Shown: one piece after another, positions 45,600-54,898 of the stretch
Numbering within the stretch: position 1 is the first letter of the stretch
How the letters are laid out: every line of letters starts with the position of its first letter
From: an uncultured Oscillospiraceae bacterium
GTDB lineage: Bacteria; Bacillota; Clostridia; Acetivibrionales; DTU013
Direction of reading: 5' to 3'
NCBI GenBank assembly: GCA_964587755.1
Contig: CAZPMC010000009.1
Span: 259-59,997 of the forward strand
DNA length: 59,739 bases
Notes under the pieces: generated by a model
The model's database searches: none
What the model was told of the DNA's origin: nothing
Seen by the model: only the letters and a program-made list of their open reading frames with translations
Made by a program: the position numbers and the translations under genes

Positions 45600-45725
45600 A
45601 TGGTCGATACCGGATACTAGGACTTGTTATTTGATTAGAAAGAGCATATATTGTATAATAACGGTAGAAATTTATCGGATTTAGGTCAAAAAGGATTTTA
45701 ATTTATTGTGAAGGGAGAACTCCAT

Positions 45726-46268
45726 ATGATATGTGAGAAATGCGGACAGCAATTAAATGACGAATCGAAATTCTGCACAGCCTGCGGAGCAAAAATAGAA
45801 ACTGTGCAAGCGGTTCAGGAAACTGCAGCAGTTTCGGAAAGCACAGTTACCCCGGTGCAGGAAGAGGTTCCTGAGGTTTTGCAGGAGGCCGTAGTTGAAC
45901 CAATTCAGGCCAGCCCAAGCCCGGTTCTGCCTGAACAGCCACAAGCAGCAACGGAGCCTCAAACGCCAACAACAACTGTGCCTCAAGCACAAGCAGCAAC
46001 TGTGCAACAACCGGCAAAAACCACTCCGTTACCTGTGTGGAAGTACATAGGGATATTCCTGTTGACCAGCATTCCTATTGTAGGAGCAATAATGATACTT
46101 GTCTGGAGCTTCGGAAGTTCATTTAACAAGAACACTCAAAACTATGCAAGAGCGGTCTTTATCTTGTTCGTTATCTCCTTTATTCTTTCAATAGTCGGAG
46201 TAGTATTGTACTGGGAGGCAGTGAAATATCTTATTGACAGCTTAAGCGGCTTTCAGATGTATTATTAG
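45726..46268 (+). CDS. Zinc-ribbon domain membrane protein with Pro/Gln/Thr-rich linker
   Basis: CEKCG...CTACG zinc ribbon at the N-terminus, a low-complexity linker, and two C-terminal TM helices. ATG 45726 lies 8 nt after AGGGAG. Confidence 0.75.
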   Translation: MICEKCGQQLNDESKFCTACGAKIETVQAVQETAAVSESTVTPVQEEVPEVLQEAVVEPIQASPSPVLPEQPQAATEPQTPTTTVPQAQAATVQQPAKTTPLPVWKYIGIFLLTSIPIVGAIMILVWSFGSSFNKNTQNYARAVFILFVISFILSIVGVVLYWEAVKYLIDSLSGFQMYY

Positions 46269-46312
46269 AAGAGCATTTTTGTTTTGAACCTGGATTTTTA
46301 AGATTAAAATGA

Positions 46313-46355
46313 AAAGAGACAACCATTCTTTATCGTACTGGATTGTCTCTTTTTA
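46313..46355 (+). terminator. Rho-independent terminator
   Basis: AAAGAGACAACCA / TGGATTGTCTCTTT stem followed by a T-run. It overlaps the most upstream possible start of the next ORF. Confidence 0.7.
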
Positions 46356-46375
46356 TAACAGTGGAGGCAGTAATT

Positions 46376-47755
46376 TTGGATAATAATAAGACAATATATG
46401 ACTTAATAGTGATAGGAGGAGGACCCGCCGGATATCTGGCAGCAGAAAGGGCGGGAAATTCAGGATTGAGCACGCTGCTCTTTGAAAAGGGCTCTCTGGG
46501 CGGAGTATGCCTTAATGAGGGGTGTATACCGTCAAAGGCGCTCCTTTATTCCGCAAAGCTTTATGACGGAGCTGTCCACAGCGAAAAATTCGGTGTGACG
46601 GTCGATAAGGCAGTGCTTAATCATGAGGTAGTAATAAACAGAAAAAATAAGATCGTCAGGGTTCTGACTGCAGGAGTGAAGGGTAAGTTAAAAAGAAGCA
46701 ATGTGACCGTTATTGGAGAGCTTGCCCAGATAGCCGGTAAAAATGCAGGAGGATTTAATGTAAAGGCCGGTGATATACTATATACGGGAAAGAATTTGCT
46801 TATCGCAACAGGTTCTGTTCCTGTTATACCGCAAATTAAGGGTATAGGCGAAGCTATAGAGAAGGGATTTGTGTTAACAAACCGTGAAATCCTTAATTTA
46901 AAAGAGGTATCTAAGTCTCTTGTGGTCGTAGGCGGGGGAATTATAGGTATGGAGATGGCTTCCTATTTTAATTCAGCCGGCAGTAAGGTTACAGTCATTG
47001 AGATGCTCGGCCATATTGCAGGAAATGCGGACAGGGAAATATCGGACAGGCTTATGAAGAATTATCAGAAAAAAGGTATTGAGTTTTTACTTGAAGCAAA
47101 GGTAACGGAAGTCAAAGATACAGAAGTTATCTTTGGGTACAATGGCAAGACCTCTTCAATACCGGCTGACAAGGTGCTGGTTAGTGTTGGAAGAAGAGCC
47201 GCAACACAGGGGCTTGGACTTGAAAGCCTTGGAATTGAGACTGACAAGGGGGCAATTATAACGAATGAGCATGGAATGACAAATGTGCCGGGAGTATATG
47301 CAGCAGGCGATGTTAACGGCAAATCAATGCTTGCCCATACAGCATACCGTGAAGCAGAGGTGTGCATAGACAATATTCTAGGTAAAAAATCAGTTATGAA
47401 ATACGATTCCATTGCGTCGGTCATATACACAAACCCCGAGGTTGCTTGTGTAGGAGAAACAGAAGTGACGGCAGGGGAGAAAGGGATTAATTTTGAAGTT
47501 GTCAAGCTGCCCATGACATACAGCGGAAGATATGTTGCTGAAAATGAAGGCGGGGACGGATTTTGCAAGGTGATTGCAGACAAAGACAGCAAGAGTATTA
47601 TTGGTGTACACATGATAGGCAGCTATTCATCCGAAATCATTTATGGCGCAGCTATGATGGTGGAGAAAAAAATGTCTATTGACGATATAAAAGAGTTTAT
47701 ATTTCCTCATCCTACTGTAAGTGAGATTATCAAAGAGACAATATTTATGTTGTAA
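46376..47755 (+). CDS. lpdA: Dihydrolipoyl dehydrogenase
   Basis: GGGPAGY FAD motif, redox-active GGVCLNEGCIPSK, NAD motif VVGGGIIGMEMA, and the C-terminal interface domain. The start is set at TTG 46376 (GGAGG 8 nt upstream), because the ORF start at 46343 lies inside the terminator. Confidence 0.88.
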   Translation: MDNNKTIYDLIVIGGGPAGYLAAERAGNSGLSTLLFEKGSLGGVCLNEGCIPSKALLYSAKLYDGAVHSEKFGVTVDKAVLNHEVVINRKNKIVRVLTAGVKGKLKRSNVTVIGELAQIAGKNAGGFNVKAGDILYTGKNLLIATGSVPVIPQIKGIGEAIEKGFVLTNREILNLKEVSKSLVVVGGGIIGMEMASYFNSAGSKVTVIEMLGHIAGNADREISDRLMKNYQKKGIEFLLEAKVTEVKDTEVIFGYNGKTSSIPADKVLVSVGRRAATQGLGLESLGIETDKGAIITNEHGMTNVPGVYAAGDVNGKSMLAHTAYREAEVCIDNILGKKSVMKYDSIASVIYTNPEVACVGETEVTAGEKGINFEVVKLPMTYSGRYVAENEGGDGFCKVIADKDSKSIIGVHMIGSYSSEIIYGAAMMVEKKMSIDDIKEFIFPHPTVSEIIKETIFML

Positions 47756-47767
47756 AAGGAGAATGAT

Positions 47768-48970
47768 ATGAAGTACCGTGAAATGACGAAAACAGGAGAC
47801 AAATTATCTATATTGGGATATGGAGCAATGCGATTTCCTCAAAAGAATGGAAAAATCGATGTGGCAAGAACAGAAAGGCAGATTGTTCAGGCAATTGAGA
47901 GCGGTATAAATTACTTTGACACTGCCTATTTCTATCAAGGAGGAAAAAGCGAAGGGATTCTAGGAGATGTATTGGCAAGAGGTTACAGGGATAAGGTAAA
48001 AGTGGCTACGAAGCTACCGCTTTTCCTGGTTCATAAGACAAAGGACATCAGCAATCTATTTGAGACTCAACTTAAGAGGCTAAAAACGGATCGCATAGAT
48101 TATTATCTTATGCACGGTCTTGCCGACATGAAGGGCTGGAACAGGCTCAAGGACTTGGGTGTTTTGGAATTTATAGAGAAGGAGAAAAAAAGAGGCAGAA
48201 TTATTAATATAGGCTTCTCTTTCCATGGGGACAAGGAAGAATTTAAAGCCATAGTTGACGATTACGACTGGGATTTTTGTCAAATACAGTACAATTACCT
48301 TGACGAGAACTTCCAGGCGGGGAAGGAAGGCCTTGAGTATGCGGCTTCCAAGGGTTTGGGAATTATAATTATGGAGCCTTTAAGAGGTGGCTCTCTTGTA
48401 GGAAGAATTCCAAAAGAAGTTCAAAACATATGGGATTCTGCAAGTATAAAAAGGTCTCCCGCCGAATGGGGCTTGAGGTGGATTTGGAATCATCCCCAGG
48501 TTCATGTTGTGCTTTCGGGTATGAGCCGGGAGAGCGACATTGAAGAAAATGCCAGAGTTGCTAACGAGGCGGAGCCAAACAGCCTCACAGACGAGGAATT
48601 AGAAATAATTGAAAGAGTCAAGGCTACATATAAAAGCCTGATGAGAGTCGGATGCACAGAGTGCAGATACTGCATGCCCTGTCCTTTCGGGGTTGATATT
48701 CCGATGTCCTTTAAATATTATAACAACAAGCACATGTTTAATTTAAAGCATGCAAATTATCAGTATCTGGCATTTGCGGGAGGCTCCTCCGGAGGAAAGG
48801 TATCCTATGCATGGCTTTGTAAGGAATGCGGGAAATGTGAGCCCAAATGTCCGCAGAACATTGAGATAAGGGAAAGACTCAAAGACGTAACAAAGGATAT
48901 GGACAACAAATTGATCAGGGTAGGTCTTTGGGTACTCAGAAAGGTTATGAAAAAGAAAGAAAAGAAGTAG
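47768..48970 (+). CDS. Aldo/keto reductase with C-terminal 2x[4Fe-4S]-type Cys clusters
   Basis: AKR N-terminal barrel (LGYGAMRFP, DYYLMHG), then CTECRYCMPCP and CKECGKCEPKCP motifs. Confidence 0.85.
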   Translation: MKYREMTKTGDKLSILGYGAMRFPQKNGKIDVARTERQIVQAIESGINYFDTAYFYQGGKSEGILGDVLARGYRDKVKVATKLPLFLVHKTKDISNLFETQLKRLKTDRIDYYLMHGLADMKGWNRLKDLGVLEFIEKEKKRGRIINIGFSFHGDKEEFKAIVDDYDWDFCQIQYNYLDENFQAGKEGLEYAASKGLGIIIMEPLRGGSLVGRIPKEVQNIWDSASIKRSPAEWGLRWIWNHPQVHVVLSGMSRESDIEENARVANEAEPNSLTDEELEIIERVKATYKSLMRVGCTECRYCMPCPFGVDIPMSFKYYNNKHMFNLKHANYQYLAFAGGSSGGKVSYAWLCKECGKCEPKCPQNIEIRERLKDVTKDMDNKLIRVGLWVLRKVMKKKEKK

Positions 48971-48980
48971 AATAAGTTTT

Positions 48981-49012
48981 CGGCAGGCATTCAAGGGAGA
49001 GAATGCCTGCCG
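48981..49012. terminator. Bidirectional terminator between convergent genes
   Basis: Perfect 12-bp stem CGGCAGGCATTC / GAATGCCTGCCG with an 8-nt loop. Confidence 0.7.
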
Positions 49013-49019
49013 GTGCAAA

Positions 49020-49253
49020 TTAATAAAACTGGATATAGTCTTCCAGCTCATTAAAAAGCTTGTCATATTCAACATTGTCAGGAACAACTAATGTTAATGG
49101 TTCATCAAGCTTCATTAAGAACATTCCAAGAATTGATTTAGCATCTGCCATACCGCTCTTTCCGTGAATCCAAATATCAAAAGGATATTTGGAGACAATA
49201 TTATTGATGTTTTGGATATCTTGTACATTTCTAATTTTAATTGGCTTTACCAT
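49020..49253 (-). CDS. HPr-like protein lacking the His15 site (paralog 2)
   Basis: 77 aa, colinear with the product of 35478-35717. The stretch DIWIHGKSGMADAKSILGMF is identical in both, as is KLDEPLTLV shortly after. Confidence 0.7.
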   Translation of the reverse strand: MVKPIKIRNVQDIQNINNIVSKYPFDIWIHGKSGMADAKSILGMFLMKLDEPLTLVVPDNVEYDKLFNELEDYIQFY

Positions 49254-49541
49254 TGGTACGCCTCCTGTTTTAATATATAGTTTATGTTATATACTTACCC
49301 AAAAAAGCGCAAGTTAACATAATAAGCGAAATATAAATGCTAAACAATTTATACTTTAATAATATAACCTTCTATGATAAAATACATTGGATCACTTTCT
49401 GATGTTAGTGATGGGAAAGCATAGTAAAAGTATTATATAAAATCTATTGAGACAGAATATGTGAAAGAGACAGTTTTAATGGTTGATAGGGATTGAGAGT
49501 TTAATATTATAGATTTAATTTTAATTTATCAGGAGGTAGTT

Positions 49542-51527
49542 ATGAGCAAAATTGATCATTTAACAGTCAACACAATACGGCTTTTGTCGGCAGAGGCAGT
49601 TCAAAAAGCCAATTCTGGACATCCTGGAATGCCTATGGGAGCTGCCCCTATGGCATATACACTTTGGGCAAAAAATCTTAAGCACAACCCTGCAAATCCG
49701 GATTGGAGGGACCGTGACAGGTTCATTTTGTCAGCCGGACATGGTTCGATGCTTATATATTCCTTACTCCATCTTTTTGGATATGGTCTGACATTGGAGG
49801 ATCTGAAAAACTTCAGGCAGCTTGACAGCTTAACCCCGGGACATCCTGAGTATGGTCATACAAAGGGTGTGGAGGTTACTACCGGGCCCCTTGGACAGGG
49901 GATAGCCAACGGAGTGGGTATGGCAATAGCGGAAGCCTATCTGGCAAAGAAATTCAACCGCCCGGGATACCCAATAGTAGACCATTATACTTATGCTCTG
50001 TGCGGTGACGGCTGTCTGATGGAAGGCGTAGCATCAGAAGCTGCTTCTCTGGCAGGAACTCTTGGATTGGGCAAGCTTATTGTACTGTACGATTCAAATA
50101 AAATTACTATCGAGGGTGACACTGATATAGCATTCCGTGAGGATGTGGCCAAGAGGTTTGAAGCATATGGATGGCAGACATTGACGGTTGAAGACGGAAC
50201 AAGTGTAGAAGATATAGATGCTGCTATAAAAGCTGCCAAGGAAGAAAAAACAAAACCTACCCTGATTGTTATCAAGACGGAGATAGGATATGGATGTCCT
50301 GCTAAGCAAGGGTCTGCATCCTCCCACGGTGAGCCTTTGGGAGACGAGAACATCAAGCTGACAAAGCAGAACCTGTGCTGGGATTATGAAGAAGATTTCC
50401 ATGTGCCTCACGAGGTCAAAGAGCGCATAAAAGAAATTAACAAAGCTGGGGCGGAGAAGGAAAAGGCATGGAACCAGCTTATGGATGGGTACAAAAAGGA
50501 ATATCCTGAGCTTGCAAAGGAATGGGAAGCGTGGGGAAAGAGCGACTTCGGAAAGGATTTACCGGACAATGAAGCTTACTGGAGCTTTGACAGCAAAGCA
50601 AACGCTACCAGGTCTTCTTCAGGCGAGGTACTGAACAGGCTTACAGCCATAGTTCCAAATCTTATAGGGGGTTCTGCGGATCTTGCCCCGTCAAATAAGA
50701 GCTATATGAAGGGCAGAGGGGATTTCACACCTGAGGACCACAGCGGTTCAAATCTTCACTTCGGTGTCCGTGAGCATGCAATGGCAGCTATAGCAAATGG
50801 AATAGCCGTACATGGAATGCTTGTACCCTATGTGTCTACATTCTTTGTATTCTCTGATTATATGAAGCCTTCCATGAGGTTATCGGCTTTAATGAAAATA
50901 CCTGTCATATATGTTCTGACTCATGACAGTATAGGAGTGGGCGAAGACGGACCTACACACCAGCCAATTGAACATCTGGCGGCCCTAAGGAGCGTTCCGA
51001 ATTTTACGGTAATTCGTCCCTGCGATTCAAAAGAAACTGCTGCAGCTTGGTACGCAGCACTTACAAGAAAGACTTCACCGACAGCGCTGGTGCTGACAAG
51101 GCAAAACCTTCCCCAGTTTGAGATGACCGGGATGGATGCATTGAAGGGAGCCTATGTAATACTTGATTCAGGTAAGGAGCCTGAAATAATCTTAATGGCT
51201 TCGGGTTCAGAAGTGCAGCTTGTATACGAGGCAGGTAAGCAGCTCATAAGCCGCGGTGTGGCAGCAAGAGTAGTCAGCATGCCTTCATTCGAGATGTTTG
51301 AGGAGCAAGATGAAGAATATAAAGAAGCTGTGCTGCCTAAAAAGGTAACTAAGAGAATCGCTGTTGAAGCGGCAACCTCCTTTGGATGGCATAAATATGC
51401 AGGCCTTGACGGTGTGACTATTACTATGGACAGCTTCGGCGAATCCGCACCTGCGGGACTATTATTCAAAAAGTATGGCTTTACTGTGGAAAATGTTCTT
51501 GAGAAGGCTGAAAAGCTGCTGAAATAG
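49542..51527 (+). CDS. tkt: Transketolase
   Basis: 661 aa. [18 protein letters not shown] (ThDP motif) and [16 protein letters not shown]. Confidence 0.96.
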   Translation: MSKIDHLTVNTIRLLSAEAVQKANSGHPGMPMGAAPMAYTLWAKNLKHNPANPDWRDRDRFILSAGHGSMLIYSLLHLFGYGLTLEDLKNFRQLDSLTPGHPEYGHTKGVEVTTGPLGQGIANGVGMAIAEAYLAKKFNRPGYPIVDHYTYALCGDGCLMEGVASEAASLAGTLGLGKLIVLYDSNKITIEGDTDIAFREDVAKRFEAYGWQTLTVEDGTSVEDIDAAIKAAKEEKTKPTLIVIKTEIGYGCPAKQGSASSHGEPLGDENIKLTKQNLCWDYEEDFHVPHEVKERIKEINKAGAEKEKAWNQLMDGYKKEYPELAKEWEAWGKSDFGKDLPDNEAYWSFDSKANATRSSSGEVLNRLTAIVPNLIGGSADLAPSNKSYMKGRGDFTPEDHSGSNLHFGVREHAMAAIANGIAVHGMLVPYVSTFFVFSDYMKPSMRLSALMKIPVIYVLTHDSIGVGEDGPTHQPIEHLAALRSVPNFTVIRPCDSKETAAAWYAALTRKTSPTALVLTRQNLPQFEMTGMDALKGAYVILDSGKEPEIILMASGSEVQLVYEAGKQLISRGVAARVVSMPSFEMFEEQDEEYKEAVLPKKVTKRIAVEAATSFGWHKYAGLDGVTITMDSFGESAPAGLLFKKYGFTVENVLEKAEKLLK

Positions 51528-51538
51528 ACTCCAGGTTA

Positions 51539-51593
51539 ATTGGTTTATTATCCAGCGAATGACCTTGACAGGTTGTTCGCTGGATTTATTTTG
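51539..51593 (+). terminator. Terminator hairpin, member of the repeated hairpin family (copy H4)
   Basis: ATCCAGCGAA (51550-51559) / TTCGCTGGAT (51576-51585), loop TGACCTTGACAGGTTG, then TTATTTTG. The 5' flank ATTGGTTT matches copy H3. Confidence 0.75.
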
Positions 51594-51617
51594 AGTTATG
51601 GGTGCCGTTTTGATTAA

Positions 51618-51815
51618 TTATACTGAAATATCAATATTTCTGCCTTTGTGTGGTACTACGGACATTTCCATAGTCTTTGCATTTGCTTTATGCATACCTT
51701 GAAGAAGGGCAGAAATTGTCTGGGCATCCTGACCTAATGATTTTTTGAGGACATGAATTCCCAATGCATGCCTTATGCTTGATATATTGCCCTGCAGAGC
51801 CCGGTTTATTTCCAT
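51618..51815 (-). CDS. YjfB-like putative motility protein (small)
   Basis: 65 aa. GIHVLKKSLGQDAQTISALLQGM...HKGRNIDISV matches the YjfB_motility pattern. AGGAGG lies upstream of ATG 51815; the longer 107-aa ORF call has no RBS. Confidence 0.7.
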   Translation of the reverse strand: MEINRALQGNISSIRHALGIHVLKKSLGQDAQTISALLQGMHKANAKTMEMSVVPHKGRNIDISV

Positions 51816-51983
51816 AGAACCACCTCCTTGAGTAATATTATACCATGTATTGGGACAAACTAATATAGAAATCATAATGATTTGACAACCACTACATTCT
51901 TGTGCATACATGTTGTGTGTGCTATAATTATTCCATAACAAGGTTAACGTTTAACTACTAATAAAACAAGGGAGGCTTATGAA

Positions 51984-53480
51984 ATGATTGATTTGAAAAA
52001 TTATGAATTTTGGCTGATCACAGGAAGCCAGCATCTGTATGGCCCTGAGACACTAAAAGAGGTAGATAAGCATTCAAAAATAATAGCAGAAGGATTGGAC
52101 AGCGATTCAGCTATCCCGGGAAGGGTCGTTTTTAAACCGGTTGTAACCACTCCCGATGAGATAAAAAAAGTAATGGAGGATGCTAATACAGATAAAAAAT
52201 GTGCAGGTGTTATTACCTGGATGCACACCTTCTCTCCGTCAAAAATGTGGATAGCAGGCTTTTCTATACTTCGTAAGCCTTTACTGCACCTACATACACA
52301 ATTCAACAGAGAGATACCCTGGGACGGCATCGATATGGATTTCATGAACCTTAACCAGTCGGCGCACGGAGATCGTGAGCACGGCTTTATCGGTGCACGC
52401 ATGAGATTAAAACGTAAGGTCGTTGTCGGTTACTGGGAAGACAGCGATGTAAGAGCAGGTATTGGTTCGTGGATGCGCTCTGCAATAGGATATCAAGAAT
52501 CAATGAACCTTAAGATTGCACGTTTTGGTGACAACATGCGTGAGGTTGCCGTTACAGAAGGCGACAAGGTAGAAGCTCAGATTAAGCTTGGCTGGTCTAT
52601 TAACGGTTATGGTATAGGCGATCTTGTAAAGCTGGTAAATCAAGTATCGGATGCAGAAGCAAACGAGCTTTTAAAGGAATATGACAGGCTCTATGAGATG
52701 GCACCTGAGGCTCGTGAAGGCGGCCCGGCAAGGGATTCAGTCAGGGAACAGGCAAGAATAGAGATAGCTATGAGACGTTTCCTGGAAGAGGGCGGCTTTG
52801 GTGCATTTACAACGACATTTGAGGATTTGCACGGACTCAAACAGCTTCCTGGCTTGGCAGTACAACGTTTAATGGAATCAGGCTATGGATTTGGAGCCGA
52901 AGGTGACTGGAAGACGGCTGCTCTGGTCAGAATCATGAAGGTCATGAGTGCTGGAATGCCTAAGGGAACATCGTTTATGGAAGACTATACTTATCATTTG
53001 GTGCCAGGGCAGGAGACGATACTCGGAGCACATATGCTGGAGGTATGTCCGACAATATCCGCATCCAAGCCCAGAATTGAAGTACATCCACTTGGCATAG
53101 GAAATAAAGAAGACCCTGCAAGATTTGTATTTGATGGCAAGGTTGGACCTGCTATTGCTGTTACACTTGTAGACATGGGCGGAAGAATGAGGCTTATAAT
53201 TAATGATGTTGAGTCTGTGAAACAGCCTCACGACATGCCAAAGTTACCTGTTGCAAGAACATTGTGGAAGCCGTTGCCTTCGTTGAAGGTAGCTGCCGAG
53301 GCATGGATACTTGCCGGCGGGGCCCATCATACTTCCTTCAGCTTTGACCTGACGTCAGAGCATATGGAGGATTTGGCAGAGATGCTTGATATCGAATGCC
53401 TGCTTATAAACAAGGATACAAATATCCATGCATTCCGTAATGAGCTTAGGTGGAATGATATTATCTGGTATAGACGTTAA
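51984..53480 (+). CDS. araA: L-arabinose isomerase
   Basis: 498 aa. FWLITGSQHLYG, FGAEGDWKTA and AHMLEVCP motifs. Confidence 0.95.
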   Translation: MIDLKNYEFWLITGSQHLYGPETLKEVDKHSKIIAEGLDSDSAIPGRVVFKPVVTTPDEIKKVMEDANTDKKCAGVITWMHTFSPSKMWIAGFSILRKPLLHLHTQFNREIPWDGIDMDFMNLNQSAHGDREHGFIGARMRLKRKVVVGYWEDSDVRAGIGSWMRSAIGYQESMNLKIARFGDNMREVAVTEGDKVEAQIKLGWSINGYGIGDLVKLVNQVSDAEANELLKEYDRLYEMAPEAREGGPARDSVREQARIEIAMRRFLEEGGFGAFTTTFEDLHGLKQLPGLAVQRLMESGYGFGAEGDWKTAALVRIMKVMSAGMPKGTSFMEDYTYHLVPGQETILGAHMLEVCPTISASKPRIEVHPLGIGNKEDPARFVFDGKVGPAIAVTLVDMGGRMRLIINDVESVKQPHDMPKLPVARTLWKPLPSLKVAAEAWILAGGAHHTSFSFDLTSEHMEDLAEMLDIECLLINKDTNIHAFRNELRWNDIIWYRR

Positions 53481-53494
53481 TTAACATTCATTAA

Positions 53495-53534
53495 AAATCC
53501 AGCTGATGGCCTTATGGTTATCAGCTGGATTTTG
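53495..53534 (+). terminator. Terminator hairpin, member of the repeated hairpin family (copy H5)
   Basis: AAATCCAGCTGAT (53495-53507) / ATCAGCTGGATTT (53520-53532), loop GGCCTTATGGTT. Confidence 0.75.
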
Positions 53535-53564
53535 CTTTACTGGCACTTACTTTACTGGTACTTA
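53535..53564. repeat. Tandem 15-bp duplication
   Basis: CTTTACTGGCACTTA (53535-53549) followed by CTTTACTGGTACTTA (53550-53564). The second unit overlaps the stop codon of the minus-strand gene. Confidence 0.8.
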
Positions 53565-54686
53565 TTTGTATGCCGCGATGTCTTCGGTGTCGACCTTGAT
53601 GGATTCGCCCTCTTTCATGAGGATATGACCTGATTCATAGGGCTTTCCGTCTATTAGAATAATAACATTGCCTTTTTGGTAATAACCTCCGAAGGTATAG
53701 GCAACACATTTAAGGAGCATGGCTTCAAGGGAGGAGCCTGCATTCATTTCCTTAATAAAATCCGACGACAAATCTACTGTAACCGTATCCTTATCTTCAT
53801 CTACGCTAATGGAGAGAACTTGAGTATTTTTTGTCAGGACTTTTGCCAAGTCGCTGCCGTCAGGTATTACCTTGAGCTCCTTTTGGAATTTATACTTCAT
53901 GCTTTCATTTGTCTTTATTTCAAATTCACGATCAATATATACAATACGGTCGCTGTTGAACTGTGGGAAATAAACCCTCATCATTTCTTTAAAGGGAACA
54001 TCTTTCCCGATTGACTCAAGCTCGCTAATTACATGCATTGTCTTATCTTTAGAAATATATTCGCTCTTTATAAGCCCCATACCCTTGACGTAATATTGCA
54101 TGTCGGTGGAGTCTTCTCTGTAGGTTGTCACTTCGACAGCGCTGAATATGCCTGCAGGGACTTGGATTGATTTGTTAACAGCAGTTATTTTCCTTGTAAG
54201 TCCTTCCTCTGTAGTCCATGAAGTGCCTTCCTTTATGGGCTCTTTGAGCAATACATCATTGATTTCGGAAGCTGCTGATGAAAATTCATGCTTGTATTCA
54301 ATCCCTCCGCGCCGGAGCGTACGCACCAGCTCTCCGTCCCTAATCGTATATACGGATACCACTCCTGTGCCACCGTTGAATTCCCGGGTTTGCATTTTAT
54401 TATCTCTAATATAATCTACATATGATATATATGGTGCATATTCATTACCGCTTCCTGCATATTCTGTGAACACATTCGCCTCGAAGGGGAAATAGTCAGA
54501 AACTGACCCCGCAACGATACCGGTATCAGGCTCCGTAGTTTCGTCGGCGGTTGTGAAGGGCGCGGTTGTATCATCCTGCACTGTTGTCGGTTCAGCCGTA
54601 CCGGGATTTTGTCCCGTCAAGTCCTGTATACCGCATGAAGACAAAAGAAGCGCGGATAAAACAAGAATAATAATTGTATTTTTCAT
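53562..54686 (-). CDS. GerMN domain-containing lipoprotein
   Basis: Lipobox LSSCG. The C-terminal GerMN-like segment VTVDLSSDFIKEMNAGSSLEAMLLKCVAYTFGGYYQKGNVIILIDGKPYESGH. Confidence 0.7.
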   Translation of the reverse strand: MKNTIIILVLSALLLSSCGIQDLTGQNPGTAEPTTVQDDTTAPFTTADETTEPDTGIVAGSVSDYFPFEANVFTEYAGSGNEYAPYISYVDYIRDNKMQTREFNGGTGVVSVYTIRDGELVRTLRRGGIEYKHEFSSAASEINDVLLKEPIKEGTSWTTEEGLTRKITAVNKSIQVPAGIFSAVEVTTYREDSTDMQYYVKGMGLIKSEYISKDKTMHVISELESIGKDVPFKEMMRVYFPQFNSDRIVYIDREFEIKTNESMKYKFQKELKVIPDGSDLAKVLTKNTQVLSISVDEDKDTVTVDLSSDFIKEMNAGSSLEAMLLKCVAYTFGGYYQKGNVIILIDGKPYESGHILMKEGESIKVDTEDIAAYK

Positions 54687-54793
54687 AAAAATCCTCCTAA
54701 AAAATTTCTATCAAGAAGTTTTGAGTCTGGCTATAATTTAGACATTATTTTTTATTATATGTTCCGTTATTCTAAAAATATATCGGCTCGTAA

Positions 54794-54807
54794 CGAACAA
54801 ACGTTTG
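54794..54807 (+). promoter_or_regulatory. Candidate LexA (Cheo/SOS) box upstream of pcrA
   Basis: CGAACAAACGTTTG matches the Gram-positive consensus CGAACRNRYGTTYC at 13 of 14 positions. It lies just upstream of a TTGCGC (54815-54820) N18 TATAAT (54839-54844) promoter. Confidence 0.4.
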
Positions 54808-54898
54808 ATTCGTGTTGCGCCGGACCATGACTGTGGGATATAATATATTGTGCTTTATAAAGGAAGCAATATGTTTGTTTATAAAAAATAATGATTGG

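Noticed and set aside
51883-51928. AraR operator upstream of araA
   Set aside because: I looked for the TGTACGTACA-type palindrome known from Bacillus/Clostridium AraR sites. Only a non-palindromic TGTGCATACATGTTG stretch is present, which is not convincing.
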